A DNA stretch of 63,520 nt, the filler included, from Hyphochytrium catenoides (lineage: Eukaryota > Protista > Hyphochytriomycota): NCBI GenBank assembly GCA_900088475.1. It is 11 parts of 11 records of this genome, joined end to end, with 100 filler letters (N's around TTAATTAATTAA, not from the genome) between each part and the next. Parts side by side here need not be neighbours in the genome. Positions count along the whole stretch, not along the records: positions 61,935 to 63,520 come from FLMG01002521.1; 10 more parts are not named here. The stretch is one strand, 5' to 3'. The stretch's first letter is position 1. Every line of letters begins with the position of its first letter. Shown here one piece after another: positions 62,696-63,520 of this stretch. The notes beneath the pieces were generated by a model. The model was not told the origin of the DNA. It ran no database searches and was given only the letters and a program-made list of their open reading frames with translations. The position numbers and the translations under genes were made by a program.

Positions 62696-63520
62696 GCTGC
62701 TGCTGCTAAGGCTGCTGCTGCTGAGCAAGCTGATGGCAAGACTATTCCGGACCCTTAACCCTTTTTGCAAGCACTAGCACCAGGCAGATAGCCAATAGAG
62801 GTGGCCAAGGAGACAGAGATTTGGCCAGGTGTGAACCCAAAGAGGACGAAGATGAGAGGAGGGCGGCAGAGCAGGCGCAGTCTCTGGGCGATGGAGTCCG
62901 AGAAGCGTTGTGGGCTCCGCGCTCCGGGCTCCGGTGAAGATGAAGAAGCTGCAATAATTTTGATAGAAGTCATCACTCTGGTCCAGGCATCACTGAATAT
63001 CGTCGCATAAAATCATCTTCGCTCTATAATTCTCGCAATATATCTTTCTCGTTCAATTAAGCATGAACTCTGAGGAAACATTATATGCAACCGAACTGTC
63101 GCCATGATATAATGAGAGAAAATTATCCTTTTATTATCGCATTGTGCCCAGTGGGGCCACCAAGCGACAAACGGGTCTCAAAGAAATCTGAGGAAAGAAT
63201 CGACTGGTCTGCATGTCAAACTCTAGGAAGCAGGCGATAAGGTGCAGATAGGAATCTTCAAGTAGGATGTGGAGGTCCTCAGCAACTCATCGCACAGGCC
63301 AGGAAGACAGCTATGTTCTCCTCACAGGTCGCCTGAGAAACCCTTTGGGCCGTAGGTTGACTTAGAGCTATCTGACCCCTCAGTGTCTGCGCAGTAAGAA
63401 GCCCTAGGGCTAGCTATCAAAGCGCGCTGCTGCACTCATCCCCTACCACTGTCTAGTGGAAGCTTAAGTCGAAGGAGATTGAGGCACAGTGTCAAGGATC
63501 GCCCTTGACTGCGTGATTGT

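Overview
This is eukaryotic, intron-rich nuclear DNA (GT-AG introns of about 80-450 nt). The G-alpha, cytosolic FBPase and PDZ sequences look stramenopile-like, which is an inference from motif recall. The window is a draft scaffold: ten 100-nt gaps carry an artificial TTAATTAATTAA linker, so adjacency across them is not guaranteed. Recognisable genes are a frameshifted multi-domain glycosyltransferase, an orphan ORF with one in-frame TAG, a large ankyrin-WW protein ending in Sec16-type motifs, a plant-type F-box ARP8, FBPase, a PDZ-TLDc protein, G-alpha, Vps34, an AspH-like oxygenase (one GC-AG intron), a PH-VASt protein, EEF1AKMT1/N6AMT2 and the 5' part of NTH1. There are also decayed copia, CRE-like LINE and Helentron-like pieces. 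The best candidate for an undescribed system is pervasive pre-mRNA self-complementarity between about 42 and 59 kb. One intron holds a 95-nt ungapped antisense copy of its own downstream exon plus a 28-nt antisense copy of a distant part of that exon, with many exon-A/intron-C mismatches. Two other introns are whole-intron GA/CT rod hairpins. In another gene, CT-rich and GA-rich introns alternate around exons. All gene models were spliced by eye and need RNA-seq.
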